64,000 bases of DNA from an uncultured Polyangiales bacterium. GTDB taxonomy: Bacteria; Myxococcota_A; Polyangia; Polyangiales; JADJMO01. Within the stretch, counting starts at the first letter, position 1. Each line of letters starts with the position of its first letter. A program made the position numbers and the translations under genes. A model generated the notes under the pieces. It ran no database searches, had not been told where the DNA came from, and was given only the letters and a program-made list of their open reading frames with translations. The stretch is from the NCBI GenBank assembly GCA_964624885.1, contig CAZUZY010000003.1:2891-66890 (forward strand). Reading direction: 5' to 3'. Of the stretch, positions 34,469-42,641 are shown in pieces.

Positions 34469-35752
34469 ATGATGGAAGGCATTCGGACGCTCTCGCTGGT
34501 TGTGGGGCTCGCGGCAGTCACCGGCTGTTCGTCGGCGAATTTCGACGTGGAGGGCGCCGCCACCGACAGCGGGACGGGTGACGCGAACGTCGACATCGGC
34601 CCCCCCGGCGGCGACACCGGGGGCGGAACCGCCGAGACCGGCCTCGATGGTGGCGGTGCGGCCTGCGCCTCCGTGCCCAACCCGCCCGAGGTCTGGGTCG
34701 ACGCCGCCTCGACCCTCGCGAAGCCCAACGGCAATGCCGAGTGTCCCTTCAAGCGCATCACCGAGGCGATCACCTTCGTGGCGACGCTTCCCGCTGGTCC
34801 GCACACCATCCGCGTCCGCACCGGCACCTACAACGAGCCGGTAGCCCTGCGCATCAGCGCAGGCGTCACCCTCCAGGGTGCCGGCGCGATGGTGACCAAG
34901 ATCCTCGGCGGCGGCGCGTGTGGAGGTACCGCCGATCCGCTCTGTGTCATCCGCCTCGAGCCCGGGGGCAAGATCGACGGCGTGGACGTCGACGGCGCCG
35001 GCACGCCCTTGCGCGACGCGATCGTGACGTTCCCCGGCACCGGTGACCCGCCCATCGTGCAGAACAGCTCGGTCCACGGCGCCAACGCCGACGGCCTCGC
35101 GGGCGTGCTCTCGACCGGCGGCGTGCGGCTCGGCCCCAACTTCATCTCCTCGAACAACCGGTCGGGCGTGATGGCCTGGGGCACGCAGCCCGTGACCTTC
35201 CAGGGCACCGGCAACCGCATCGAGAACAACACCGGCATCGGCATCGAGATGCAGGGCAGCGGCCCGCTGACGGTGACGGGCACCAACGTGACCAACAACA
35301 CCAGCGGCGGCGTGAAGGTCGGTCACATCACCGGCGTTTCGACCACGCCGCCCTACCACGCGATCGGCAACTCGGTCATCACCAACAACGGTCAGTTCGG
35401 CGTGTTCGTCGGCGCCAACGCCAGCCTGAAGATGCGCTTCGTGACGCTCCTCGGCAATCCCTTCGGCGTGATGCTGGTCTACGGCACCGGCAACAGCTTC
35501 GACTTCGGGATCGACACCGACGTCGGCAACAACATCTTCGGCGACAAGTCCGGCAGCAAGAACACGCGCGGCGGAATCTGCGTCCACACCACGCGCGCGA
35601 CCTCGATGCAGGCGGCGGGCAATCGCTGGACGAAGTGCGACCCGGACATCAAGGTCCTCAGCGGCACCGACTGCAACACCGCCGACAGCTACGCCGACGT
35701 CTGGTATCGCGGCTTCACGGTGCCGTCCCTCACCGGCTGCACCAGCGGCTGA
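34469..35752 (+). CDS. Right-handed parallel beta-helix lipoprotein (DUF1565-like)
   Basis: MMEGIRTLSLVVGLAAVTGC (lipobox). NGNAECPFKRITEAI... is followed by NN-rich beta-helix turns: ENNTGIGIE, TNNTSGGVKV, ITNNGQFGVFV. Confidence 0.8.
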   Translation: MMEGIRTLSLVVGLAAVTGCSSANFDVEGAATDSGTGDANVDIGPPGGDTGGGTAETGLDGGGAACASVPNPPEVWVDAASTLAKPNGNAECPFKRITEAITFVATLPAGPHTIRVRTGTYNEPVALRISAGVTLQGAGAMVTKILGGGACGGTADPLCVIRLEPGGKIDGVDVDGAGTPLRDAIVTFPGTGDPPIVQNSSVHGANADGLAGVLSTGGVRLGPNFISSNNRSGVMAWGTQPVTFQGTGNRIENNTGIGIEMQGSGPLTVTGTNVTNNTSGGVKVGHITGVSTTPPYHAIGNSVITNNGQFGVFVGANASLKMRFVTLLGNPFGVMLVYGTGNSFDFGIDTDVGNNIFGDKSGSKNTRGGICVHTTRATSMQAAGNRWTKCDPDIKVLSGTDCNTADSYADVWYRGFTVPSLTGCTSG

Positions 35753-35758
35753 ACGCTA

Positions 35759-35776
35759 CTCGATCGAAGCATCGAG
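35759..35776. terminator. Hairpin CTCGAT-cgaagc-ATCGAG between convergent genes
   Basis: 6-bp stem read directly in the 81-bp gap between convergent stops at 35752 and 35834. No U-tract. Confidence 0.25.
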
Positions 35777-35833
35777 ACGTTGGGCGTGCCGGCCTGCACG
35801 AAGTACGCCTGCAGCGCCTGCCGCGCGAGCACG

Positions 35834-36490
35834 TCACTGCGCCTGGAAGAGGACGTAGACCATGCCGGCGACCACGGCGAGAGCCATGGTGGCCTGGAGG
35901 ATCACGAGCACCCACTTGCCGGTCGACCAGAATCGGGGTGAGCCGACGCCGGGCAGGCCGAGGACCTGGCCGACCGCCTCGTGGACTGCAAGGCCCTCCT
36001 CCGGCAGCTCGAGTCGCTCGACGGTGGCGAGCTCGGGTGAAGAGGTGCGGATCGCCTCGTGCGCCGCACGCACCTTGGCGCCGAGCGCTGCGTTCTGCGC
36101 GACCGCAGACTGAGCCTGCTTGGCCGCCCACAGGTCGAACACCGAGTCGAGGTAGGCCTCGGCCCGCCCGATGACGGGCAGCAGCGTGCCGGAGGCGTCG
36201 ACGCGTACCCCGAGGGCATCGAGCGCGTGACGGATGTAGAGCTGCGCCTCGACGAACCGCGCGTTGACCTGGAGGCTCTCTTCGTGGGTGTGGTCGCGGA
36301 AGAGGCGCACCTCGGGGGCGGAGAGAGCGTCGTGCACGTCCGCGAACTTGCGGGCCCGCAGAGCGCGCGCCTGACCGTCGTTGGCCAGGAGCAGGTTGTG
36401 CGCCGTGGCCAAGTGGGCGAGCGCCTCGCGGCGCGCGGAGACGGGAGCTGTGGCCACGACCCCTTCGACTTCGAGCGCGGCGTCGATCAC
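35834..36490 (-). CDS. Hypothetical protein with C-terminal transmembrane helix
   Basis: GTG 36490, 218 aa, helical. The C-terminus WVLVILQATMALAVVAGMVYVLF is a TM anchor. Confidence 0.65.
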   Translation of the reverse strand: MIDAALEVEGVVATAPVSARREALAHLATAHNLLLANDGQARALRARKFADVHDALSAPEVRLFRDHTHEESLQVNARFVEAQLYIRHALDALGVRVDASGTLLPVIGRAEAYLDSVFDLWAAKQAQSAVAQNAALGAKVRAAHEAIRTSSPELATVERLELPEEGLAVHEAVGQVLGLPGVGSPRFWSTGKWVLVILQATMALAVVAGMVYVLFQAQ

Positions 36491-36743
36491 GTGAAGACCG
36501 TAGGTCCGTGCATTCCACTGTCAACGCCGACACATAGGTGACGGCGCGTGATTTGGCCTGTCGGGTTGGGGGCCGTGGCGTTACGTGCGCGCGCGTGATG
36601 GATGCGGGCGTCGCGCGCGCACCGTACCAGGCGAGCCATGCCTGGAGCTCGAGCCCATACTTCAGGAAGTCGTCCGGGATAACGGCCCCGACGCGAAGTC
36701 GTCGCAGCGGCAGCGCAGAGGCAGGTGGCGACCCATGCTCGCG

Positions 36744-37331
36744 TCACTTCTTGGTCGGCTTCTTCTTCGACTTCGGGCGCGCGTTCTCGAGGATCGTCGC
36801 CAGCGGCACGAAGGTGGGCGGGCCGGCCTCCTCTTCGTCGTACCCGAGCGTGCGCTGGAACCCGCCGTCGACGCAGAAGCGCAGGAAGCCCTCGAACGAG
36901 TCCGCGACCTTCCGGAAGAACTTCGGTCGGAGGCGCGCGATCATGGCGACCTGACCAGCGGCGTCGAACAGGAACAGGTCGCCCTGGAAGTTGCTCGCGA
37001 AGGGGATCAACGTGGGGAACAACTTCGGTCGTCCGAACTCGGCCACGTAGAACGCCTGCGCCTCCTCGGCGCGGAACCGCGCGAGCTCGGCGTCGAGGAG
37101 GAACACTTTCCACTGCGGCCCGGCGCCGGCGTGGAGCCCTGCGAGGCGGAAGTACTCGGCGTACTCGCCCGGACCGACATCGCGCAGGAACGCCACGTAG
37201 TCTGCCGGCAGCGTGACGCCGAACGTCTCCTGCAGGCGGGCGATCTCGGCGTCGAGGGCCTTGCTCCCCTTGGCGGAGAGCTTGCGCGTCGGCAGGGTGG
37301 GGACGGTGCTCTTCTTCATGGACGCTGCCAT
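36744..37331 (-). CDS. SMI1/KNR4 (SUKH-1) family protein
   Basis: ATG 37331 (alternative 37319) gives MAASMKKSTVPTLP...IARLQETFGVTLPADYVAFLRDVGPGEY...LIPFASNFQGDLFLFD, the SUKH signature. Lys-rich tail. Confidence 0.8.
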   Translation of the reverse strand: MAASMKKSTVPTLPTRKLSAKGSKALDAEIARLQETFGVTLPADYVAFLRDVGPGEYAEYFRLAGLHAGAGPQWKVFLLDAELARFRAEEAQAFYVAEFGRPKLFPTLIPFASNFQGDLFLFDAAGQVAMIARLRPKFFRKVADSFEGFLRFCVDGGFQRTLGYDEEEAGPPTFVPLATILENARPKSKKKPTKK

Positions 37332-37354
37332 CCTACCTACTCGTTTCCAGCGCA

Positions 37355-37900
37355 CTACCCCGTGGGATCGAAGTAGATGGCGTCGACGTCGAGCGTGACG
37401 TCGAGCGACGTGAGCCGCAGTGCCCCCTCGGTCGCTTCGGTGAACGTCCAGCTCGCGTCGCTCCGTCGGAACACTTCGATACGCCGCTCGTGGGTGTTGA
37501 CGAGCACGTACTCTCGCAGCGACGACAGGTGCCGGTAGTGGGCGAACTTCTCGCCGCGGTCCGCACGTTCGGTGCCCTCGGAGAGCACCTCGACGAGCAT
37601 CGTGGGGTTCGTCACGGCGTTGGGATCGACCGGTGACACCTCTCGCTTGCCGCAGACGACCGTCACGTCCGGGTAGGTGGTGCGATCCGTCGCCTCCACC
37701 CGCACTCGGACATCCGACGTGAGGACCACGCAAGGCTTGCCGCGCAGCGCCGTGGCGAGCGCAGAGATGAGGGCTGCCTGCAGGCGACCGTGCTCGATGG
37801 TGCCGCCCGCCATCGCACAGACCACACCGCGGAGGAACTCGTGTTTGACCGGGCTCGAGGCCTCCGCCGCGAGGTAGTCGGCGTAGCTGAGGGTCGTCAC
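37355..37900 (-). CDS. Uma2-family (DUF820) PD-(D/E)xK endonuclease-like protein
   Basis: 181-aa ORF: YLAAEASSPVKHEFLRGVVCAMAGGT.EHG...PDVTVVCG...PTMLVEVLSEGT...D...K...Y, the characteristic Uma2 pattern. Confidence 0.85.
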   Translation of the reverse strand: MTTLSYADYLAAEASSPVKHEFLRGVVCAMAGGTIEHGRLQAALISALATALRGKPCVVLTSDVRVRVEATDRTTYPDVTVVCGKREVSPVDPNAVTNPTMLVEVLSEGTERADRGEKFAHYRHLSSLREYVLVNTHERRIEVFRRSDASWTFTEATEGALRLTSLDVTLDVDAIYFDPTG

Positions 37901-38111
37901 GACGGCGGAGTCTACCGGGGTAGGGTCACTCCGCGAAGTCGAGGCAGACCTTGGGCCCCGCGTCCTGTCCGGCGTGCCCGTGTCCGGCGGCCCGTCACCA
38001 CGGTTCCGCGGCTCTAGAGCCGACCGGAGAGCCGAGGACCGCCTTCTTCGTCGGGCTCATGCTCGGAGGATGACCCTCGATCGCCGGCGCCCCCTCTCCG
38101 AATGCTGCGCC

Positions 38112-39368
38112 TCACCCCCGCGCGGCCATCTTCTCGATCGCCCCCAGCACTTCCGCCGACAGCCCAGCGCGCGGGAACCGCGGCGACGCGAGCAGCGCCC
38201 GCGCGATCGCCGGGCCGCGATCGGGATCGTTCTCGAACATGCTCTCGATGCGGGTGTCGTAGACGGAGAACGTCTCGGTCGACAGCAGATCGCACAAGAC
38301 GTCGATCAGCGACGGCGCCCCGCCCGTCCCTGCCGCCACGAGCGCGCGCACGATGTCGAGCTGGAAGGTGACGTCGGCGCCGTAGATCACCACGCCTGCG
38401 CCCTTGGGGTCGCGCGCCATGCGACCCAGAAGGTCCTCGTCGCCGACCTCCCGACGCTGCACCAGCGTGGTCAGCAGGCCTTTGATATCGACCTCCGCCT
38501 TCGTCTCGTGCATCTCGCGGCCGAGCCGCTCTGCGATCCCCGGTCGCGTCCAGGCGGCGAGCGCCTCGCGCACCGCCCACGTCGTCGGTCCGCCGAACAG
38601 GCGATTGGCGATCACCAGCGCGTCGAGGCTCGCGTCGCTCGGGTCCTTCCCGAGCACGCGCGCGGCGGCCGGCCGCATGTGGCCCTTCGCGACCGCCTTG
38701 CCCCCCTTCCAGCTCCAGCCGCCGTCCTCGAGATCCGCGTCGTGGATCCACGCGTGCGCGATCTCCAGCGCTGCCGGGAGATCAATCTCGGCCAGCGCCT
38801 CGAGCGCCTCGGCGCGCTTGGCGTTGCTCCCCTTCGCGGTGGCCGCGAGCAGGGACTTCGCGTCGCGGGCCGGCGGCGTCGCCTTCGCGTCTGCGCCGCC
38901 CTTCGCCTTCCCGTCTGCGCCGCCCTTCGCCTTCGAAGCCGCCTTCTTCGCCTTACCGGCCTTCGGCAGCGTCGGTGCGAACGCGCTCGCCGCCTCGGGA
39001 TCCTCGAGAACCGCCCGCATCGCTTCCGCGTTGGCCTCGAACAGCGCTGCGATCTCCTTCTCGCCGAGCGCGCGCGGCGCCACGCCGTCCAGCTCGTATT
39101 CGAAGCCGAAGGTGGCCGGACCGTCCTCCCAGGCGATGCAGGCGAGGCGACCGGTGCCGCCTGCCGCCTTCACGTCGGCGAAGAGCTGCGTGTAGTCGGC
39201 TTCGCCCGTGTCCGCGTCGCGATCGGCGACGCGTCGGACGTGCAGGTTGCTCCCGTCGTAGAAAACCCACTCGAGCTCGCCAGCCTCGAGCGAGGGCACG
39301 CGCGTCTCGATCGGGCGGGCACCACCGCGCAACACGAAGTCACCGATCCAGAACGTCGACCAGCCCAT
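38112..39368 (-). CDS. Orphan hypothetical protein (418 aa) with Lys/Ala/Gly tandem repeat linker
   Basis: ATG 39368, MGWSTFWIGDFVLRGG.... The central KAGKAKKAASKAKGGADGKAKGGADAKA is encoded by a 24-nt tandem duplication of gtctgcgccgcccttcgccttc(cc|ga) at about 38887-38934. The C-terminal ~230 aa are helical. Confidence 0.7.
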   Translation of the reverse strand: MGWSTFWIGDFVLRGGARPIETRVPSLEAGELEWVFYDGSNLHVRRVADRDADTGEADYTQLFADVKAAGGTGRLACIAWEDGPATFGFEYELDGVAPRALGEKEIAALFEANAEAMRAVLEDPEAASAFAPTLPKAGKAKKAASKAKGGADGKAKGGADAKATPPARDAKSLLAATAKGSNAKRAEALEALAEIDLPAALEIAHAWIHDADLEDGGWSWKGGKAVAKGHMRPAAARVLGKDPSDASLDALVIANRLFGGPTTWAVREALAAWTRPGIAERLGREMHETKAEVDIKGLLTTLVQRREVGDEDLLGRMARDPKGAGVVIYGADVTFQLDIVRALVAAGTGGAPSLIDVLCDLLSTETFSVYDTRIESMFENDPDRGPAIARALLASPRFPRAGLSAEVLGAIEKMAARG

Positions 39369-39436
39369 CGCTCCTCCGGGTGGCGATGATACGCGACCGC
39401 GTGAGCGGACGTTGCACGGGCGGCGCGCGCCTCGGG

Positions 39437-39489
39437 TCGGCCTGCCCTCGCGGTCTTCGCGTGCCCGCGTGCTGGACCTGATCTGGTCG
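39437..39489 (+). repeat. 53-nt direct repeat, copy 1 (non-coding/decayed)
   Basis: TCGGCCTGCCCTCGCGGTCTTCGCGTGCCCGCGTGCtGGAcCTGATCTGGTCG. It is 51/53 identical to 39695-39747. In its RPALAVFACPRAG frame there is no start codon, and a stop follows 17 codons later. Confidence 0.85.
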
Positions 39490-39668
39490 GTCGCCCGCGC
39501 TCCCCAGGAGCTGCGGTGGAGGAGTCGAGCTAGAGGCCGAATCCAGTCCAGAGGCACGCGAGAAGGGGAGCCGAGCATCCGGCGACGACCGCCAGCGCAG
39601 CAAGAGAGGCCGAGAGACCAGCAAGGTCTGGCTGGGGCGCCGCGACCCGTCTGTTGGGACCCTGAGCA

Positions 39669-39959
39669 GTGAGCGGAGCGGTGAACGTCCAGCTTCGGCC
39701 TGCCCTCGCGGTCTTCGCGTGCCCGCGTGCGGGAGCTGATCTGGTCGCCGCTCTCTCTCGCGCGCCGGCGATCGCACGCCGGGAAGCCCGGGAGGGCTTC
39801 GTCGCCAAGGTCGAAGAGACGAAGAAGCCTCAGGCGGCCAAGAGCCAGGGTGTCCAGATGTCCAACTCGCACCAACCGCCTTCGCAGGGCAAGTACGACG
39901 AACGCAAGAAGAAGGTACATTCCGGACACCTCGGGCGGTACCTTCACGGTGCCGGATGA
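39669..39959 (+). CDS. Small putative lipoprotein/secreted protein (96 aa) coupled to LRR gene
   Basis: GTG 39669 gives MSGAVNVQLRPALAVFACPRAG (lipobox-like VFAC)...KVEETKKPQAAKSQG...KYDERKKKVHSGHLGRYLHGAG. The stop overlaps ATG 39956 of the LRR gene (ATGA). About three quarters of codons end in G/C (hand count). Confidence 0.45.
   Translation: MSGAVNVQLRPALAVFACPRAGADLVAALSRAPAIARREAREGFVAKVEETKKPQAAKSQGVQMSNSHQPPSQGKYDERKKKVHSGHLGRYLHGAG
39695..39747 (+). repeat. 53-nt direct repeat, copy 2 (inside small ORF 39669..39959)
   Basis: Same 53-mer with 2 substitutions, 258 nt downstream of copy 1. It encodes RPALAVFACPRAGADLV, the signal-peptide-like N-terminus of the small ORF. Confidence 0.85.
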
Positions 39960-40816
39960 TCGACCGCTTCGAGACCTGGCTTCCGTGGAAGGGCGCATGG
40001 CTCAGCATGGCCGCGACCCCGCAAGAGGTTCTCTCGCCGGAGGTCCTGGCGCGGGCTGCTCGTCAGCCCGTCCTTGCCTCTGTCTGGAACACCCTCCCCA
40101 AAGGGACGAGCCCTTCGGACATTGGTTCCGTGGTCTTGGTAGGCGACGAGTGCCCGTCGGATCTGCCCGAGATCCTGCGTAGCCTTCCTGAGCTGACCAC
40201 GCTTTCCACACCCTCGCGCTTGGTCGAGAAGATCGACAGCGCGCTGGCGGCCCGTCTCGTCGAGATCGTCGTCCAGGCGGGCAAGGCTCGCTTGCCCTCC
40301 CACCCCTTCCCTCGGCTGAGGGTCCTGCGAAGCGACGATGGCGAGCTCGAGTTCGAAGCCTCGCAGGTGCCTGCGTTGGAACGACTGAGCCTCAACAAGC
40401 CGTCCGCACGCATGCAGAAGACCATCGCTCAGCTGACGGCACTCTGGGGCCTCCGCGTTCGCCCGGTCAGCCAGAGCACGCTCGCGTGGATCACCTCGCT
40501 GAAGCGGCTGAAGTGTGTCACCCTCAACGGCAGTCGCCTCTCGGATCTGACGCCATTGTCCGACTGCAAGCATCTGGAGCAGCTCGGCCTGACCGCCTTC
40601 CCCGGCGTGCAGAACATCAAGCCCATCGCCGGCCTTGAATTGCTCGATGAAGTGGCATTCAACCAGTGCACGGGCCTGACACGAATTGACGCCCTGCTTC
40701 AGCTCCCGAGGCTGAAGAAGGTCGTGTTCTACGCGTCGGGCGCCGGGAAATCCTACGAGAAAGTGCTACGCACGCTGGCGACGCGAGGCGTGGAGATGTG
40801 GCCACCCCTGGACTGA
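39956..40816 (+). CDS. Leucine-rich repeat (LRR) protein
   Basis: 286-aa ORF with LRR units: LKRLKCVTLNGSRLSDLTPLSDCKHLEQLGLTAFPGVQNIKPIAGLELLDEVAFNQCTGLTRIDALLQLPRLKKVVF. GC is lower (38/60 and 36/60 in two hand-counted windows, 40561-40680). Confidence 0.85.
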   Translation: MIDRFETWLPWKGAWLSMAATPQEVLSPEVLARAARQPVLASVWNTLPKGTSPSDIGSVVLVGDECPSDLPEILRSLPELTTLSTPSRLVEKIDSALAARLVEIVVQAGKARLPSHPFPRLRVLRSDDGELEFEASQVPALERLSLNKPSARMQKTIAQLTALWGLRVRPVSQSTLAWITSLKRLKCVTLNGSRLSDLTPLSDCKHLEQLGLTAFPGVQNIKPIAGLELLDEVAFNQCTGLTRIDALLQLPRLKKVVFYASGAGKSYEKVLRTLATRGVEMWPPLD

Positions 40817-41078
40817 CGGACTACTCGCGAAGTGAGCCGATCAACTCTTGATGACGTCCCCGTCGAGGTCCGGCTGGACCGCGACCTCGGCGGATCGGCG
40901 AGGACGTCGAGCGTCGTCACGGAGAGCACCGGTCACAGAGACAGCGCCAATGCGTCTTGTGCTGGCCCGAAGCAGCTCCAGGCGGGCGGCCAGCATGGGT
41001 CACCGCGCGGCGATTCTGGAGTAGAGTCGAGCGCGCGATGACCTGGACACGGGGGGCAGTGGGCGGGGAGCGTGCGGC

Positions 41079-41410
41079 GTGAGCGGCACCGGCACAGACG
41101 ACCGCGCGGGCCGCTGGGCACACACGGTGCTCGACGCGCTCGGCGAGGTCGAGCGACTCGGCGTAGCGGACACCGTCATCGCCGCTTCCGCAGACGAAGC
41201 ACACGATTCGGCGTCGCCGAGGGCACTGGTCGACGGCAGCGCGCACGGCGCTGATTCGTCGCGCGAGGGTGCGACGGCGTTTCCCACGGGCGCCGCCAGG
41301 TATGCGATCGGTCCCGTGCTGGGCCAGGGTGGCATGGGCCGCGTGCTGAGCGCGCGCGACCGGCAGTTCGGCCGCGAGGTCGCGCTCAAAGAGCTGACCA
41401 CGCAGCATGA
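41079..41410 (+). pseudogene. 5' fragment of a Ser/Thr kinase gene (subdomains I-II only)
   Basis: GTG 41079...ARYAIGPVLGQGGMGRVLSARDRQFGREVALKEL contains the Gly-loop and VAxK. The frame then degenerates (TTQHEKSTTTCSPDV...) and runs antisense into the OmpA-like gene. No HRD or DFG motif anywhere downstream. Confidence 0.6.
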
Positions 41411-41468
41411 AAAGTCGACGACCACGTGCTCGCCTGACGTGCCGTTCATCTTCCGAGGCGAGCGTCGC

Positions 41469-42278
41469 TCACGGCGGCTCGGACACCACACCGGCCGCAG
41501 TGGCTGTCGCGCACCCGAGCTCGGTCTTCGTCGGCCCGTCCTTCGTCCGCACGACCTTGAAGTCGACGCGGCGATCGCGCGCTGCGTCCCCGAGCGGGCA
41601 GTACGACCCGAAGCCCTTCACCCGGAGGCGCTTCGGGTCGACGCCCTTCTTTAGCAGGTGCTTCTGGACGGCCTCGGCGCGGGCGGTGGCGAGCTTCGAC
41701 GCCGCGGCGCCGGTGGCCTCCTTGGCGTCGGTGTGCCCCTCGATCTGGACGAGGACGACCTCGGGGTGCTGCGCCAGCACCTCGGCCACCATGTCGATCA
41801 CGACGAGGGAGCTCGGCTCCCAGACGGTGGCTCCGGCCTTGAACTCCACACGGCTCACGATGGGCGGGTTCGAGGTGACGACGATCACCGGCGCGTGGTC
41901 CGGGCAGCCGTCCTGGTCCTGGAAGCCGTTGTATGTCTCCGGCTCGTTCGGACACTGGTCGACCGCATCGAGGATCCCGTCCTTGTCGTTGTCCGGGTCC
42001 GGGCAGCCGTCTTCGTCCTGGAAGCCGTCCTTGTCCTCGGGCTCGTTCGGGCACTTGTCGACGGCGTCGGCGATCCCGTCCTTGTCGTTGTCCAGGTCCG
42101 GGCAGCCGTCTTGGTCCTGGAAGCCGTCCCTGTCCTCGGGGTCTTCGGGACACTGGTCCACGTTGTCGAGAAGACCGTCCCCGTCTCGATCGGACGACGC
42201 GAAGGAGGGTGGAACCGTGGCTGGAGGCGGCACGCAGCCCACGACCACGACGAGGACGAAGGCCGCAGCGAGTCGCAT
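41469..42278 (-). CDS. OmpA-family lipoprotein with thrombospondin type-3 (TSP3) repeats
   Basis: MRLAAAFVLVVVVGC (lipobox). Repeated DxDxDGxxDxxDxCP units are encoded by ~99-nt DNA repeats at about 41900-42170. The C-terminal OmpA-like domain has IEGHTD...A.ARAEAV...RRVDF. Confidence 0.9.
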   Translation of the reverse strand: MRLAAAFVLVVVVGCVPPPATVPPSFASSDRDGDGLLDNVDQCPEDPEDRDGFQDQDGCPDLDNDKDGIADAVDKCPNEPEDKDGFQDEDGCPDPDNDKDGILDAVDQCPNEPETYNGFQDQDGCPDHAPVIVVTSNPPIVSRVEFKAGATVWEPSSLVVIDMVAEVLAQHPEVVLVQIEGHTDAKEATGAAASKLATARAEAVQKHLLKKGVDPKRLRVKGFGSYCPLGDAARDRRVDFKVVRTKDGPTKTELGCATATAAGVVSEPP

Positions 42279-42339
42279 CGAGCCACGACTCTACCATCGC
42301 GCACCGAACCGGCCAGGCGCCGAGCGTCAGCGTTTCGGG

Positions 42340-42605
42340 AACAGGGTGTTCGACTCGAGGGGCGATCCGCTTCATTGCGCTCGCCTCCGCGTGGCTGCGA
42401 TCGAGATGCTCGACCTCCATGGCCATGGGTGAGGCCGGGATGGGCGGCACGCAGATGGGCACGCCCACCAACACCGCCGATGAGGACGGGCAAGGGCCCC
42501 TTCGGCGACGTGGAGATGGGCGGGATGTTCAGCATCCTCAAGGTCCGCGACGACCTCACCAGCTACGCCGATCCCGGCACCGTGGCGTGCAAGGGGGCGA
42601 AGTGA
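42340..42605 (+). pseudogene. Possible frameshifted 3' relic of a multicopper-oxidase-type gene
   Basis: Three frames in succession read GDPLHCARLRVAAIEMLDLHGHG*, then MAMGEAGMGGTQMGTPTN, then GPFGDVEMGGMFSILKVRDDLTSYADPGTVACKGAK* (stop 42603-42605). A Met/His-rich tract plus an MGGMFxxLKVR..Y.DPG tail recall MCO C-termini (from memory). No intact upstream ORF. Confidence 0.35.
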
Positions 42606-42641
42606 GGCTGGGATGTCGCCACACCGTCCACCACGGACAGG

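Noticed and set aside
36540-36743. Possible relic of a second SUKH/SMI1-like gene directly after the SMI1 stop, in the same frame (...LRRLRVGAVIPDDFLKYGLELQAWLAWYGAR...).
   Set aside because: The only resemblance is a short one to the lPxDYxxFL SUKH motif. There is no start codon, the codon bias is not decisive, and the region is equally well explained as the promoter/leader of the downstream gene 35834..36490.
39437-39747. The 53-nt direct repeats considered as a possible CRISPR array or other array.
   Set aside because: There are only two copies with a 205-nt spacer, no further repeats and no cas genes. Copy 2 lies within a coding-like frame.
40841-40996. 51-aa minus-strand ORF (MLAARLELLRASTRRIGAVSVTGALRDDARRPRRSAEVAVQPDLDGDVIKS) in the gap between the LRR gene and the kinase fragment.
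   Set aside because: It has modest codon bias (about 70% G/C-ending by hand count), no RBS, no recognisable motif and an Arg-rich middle. The evidence is insufficient to call it.
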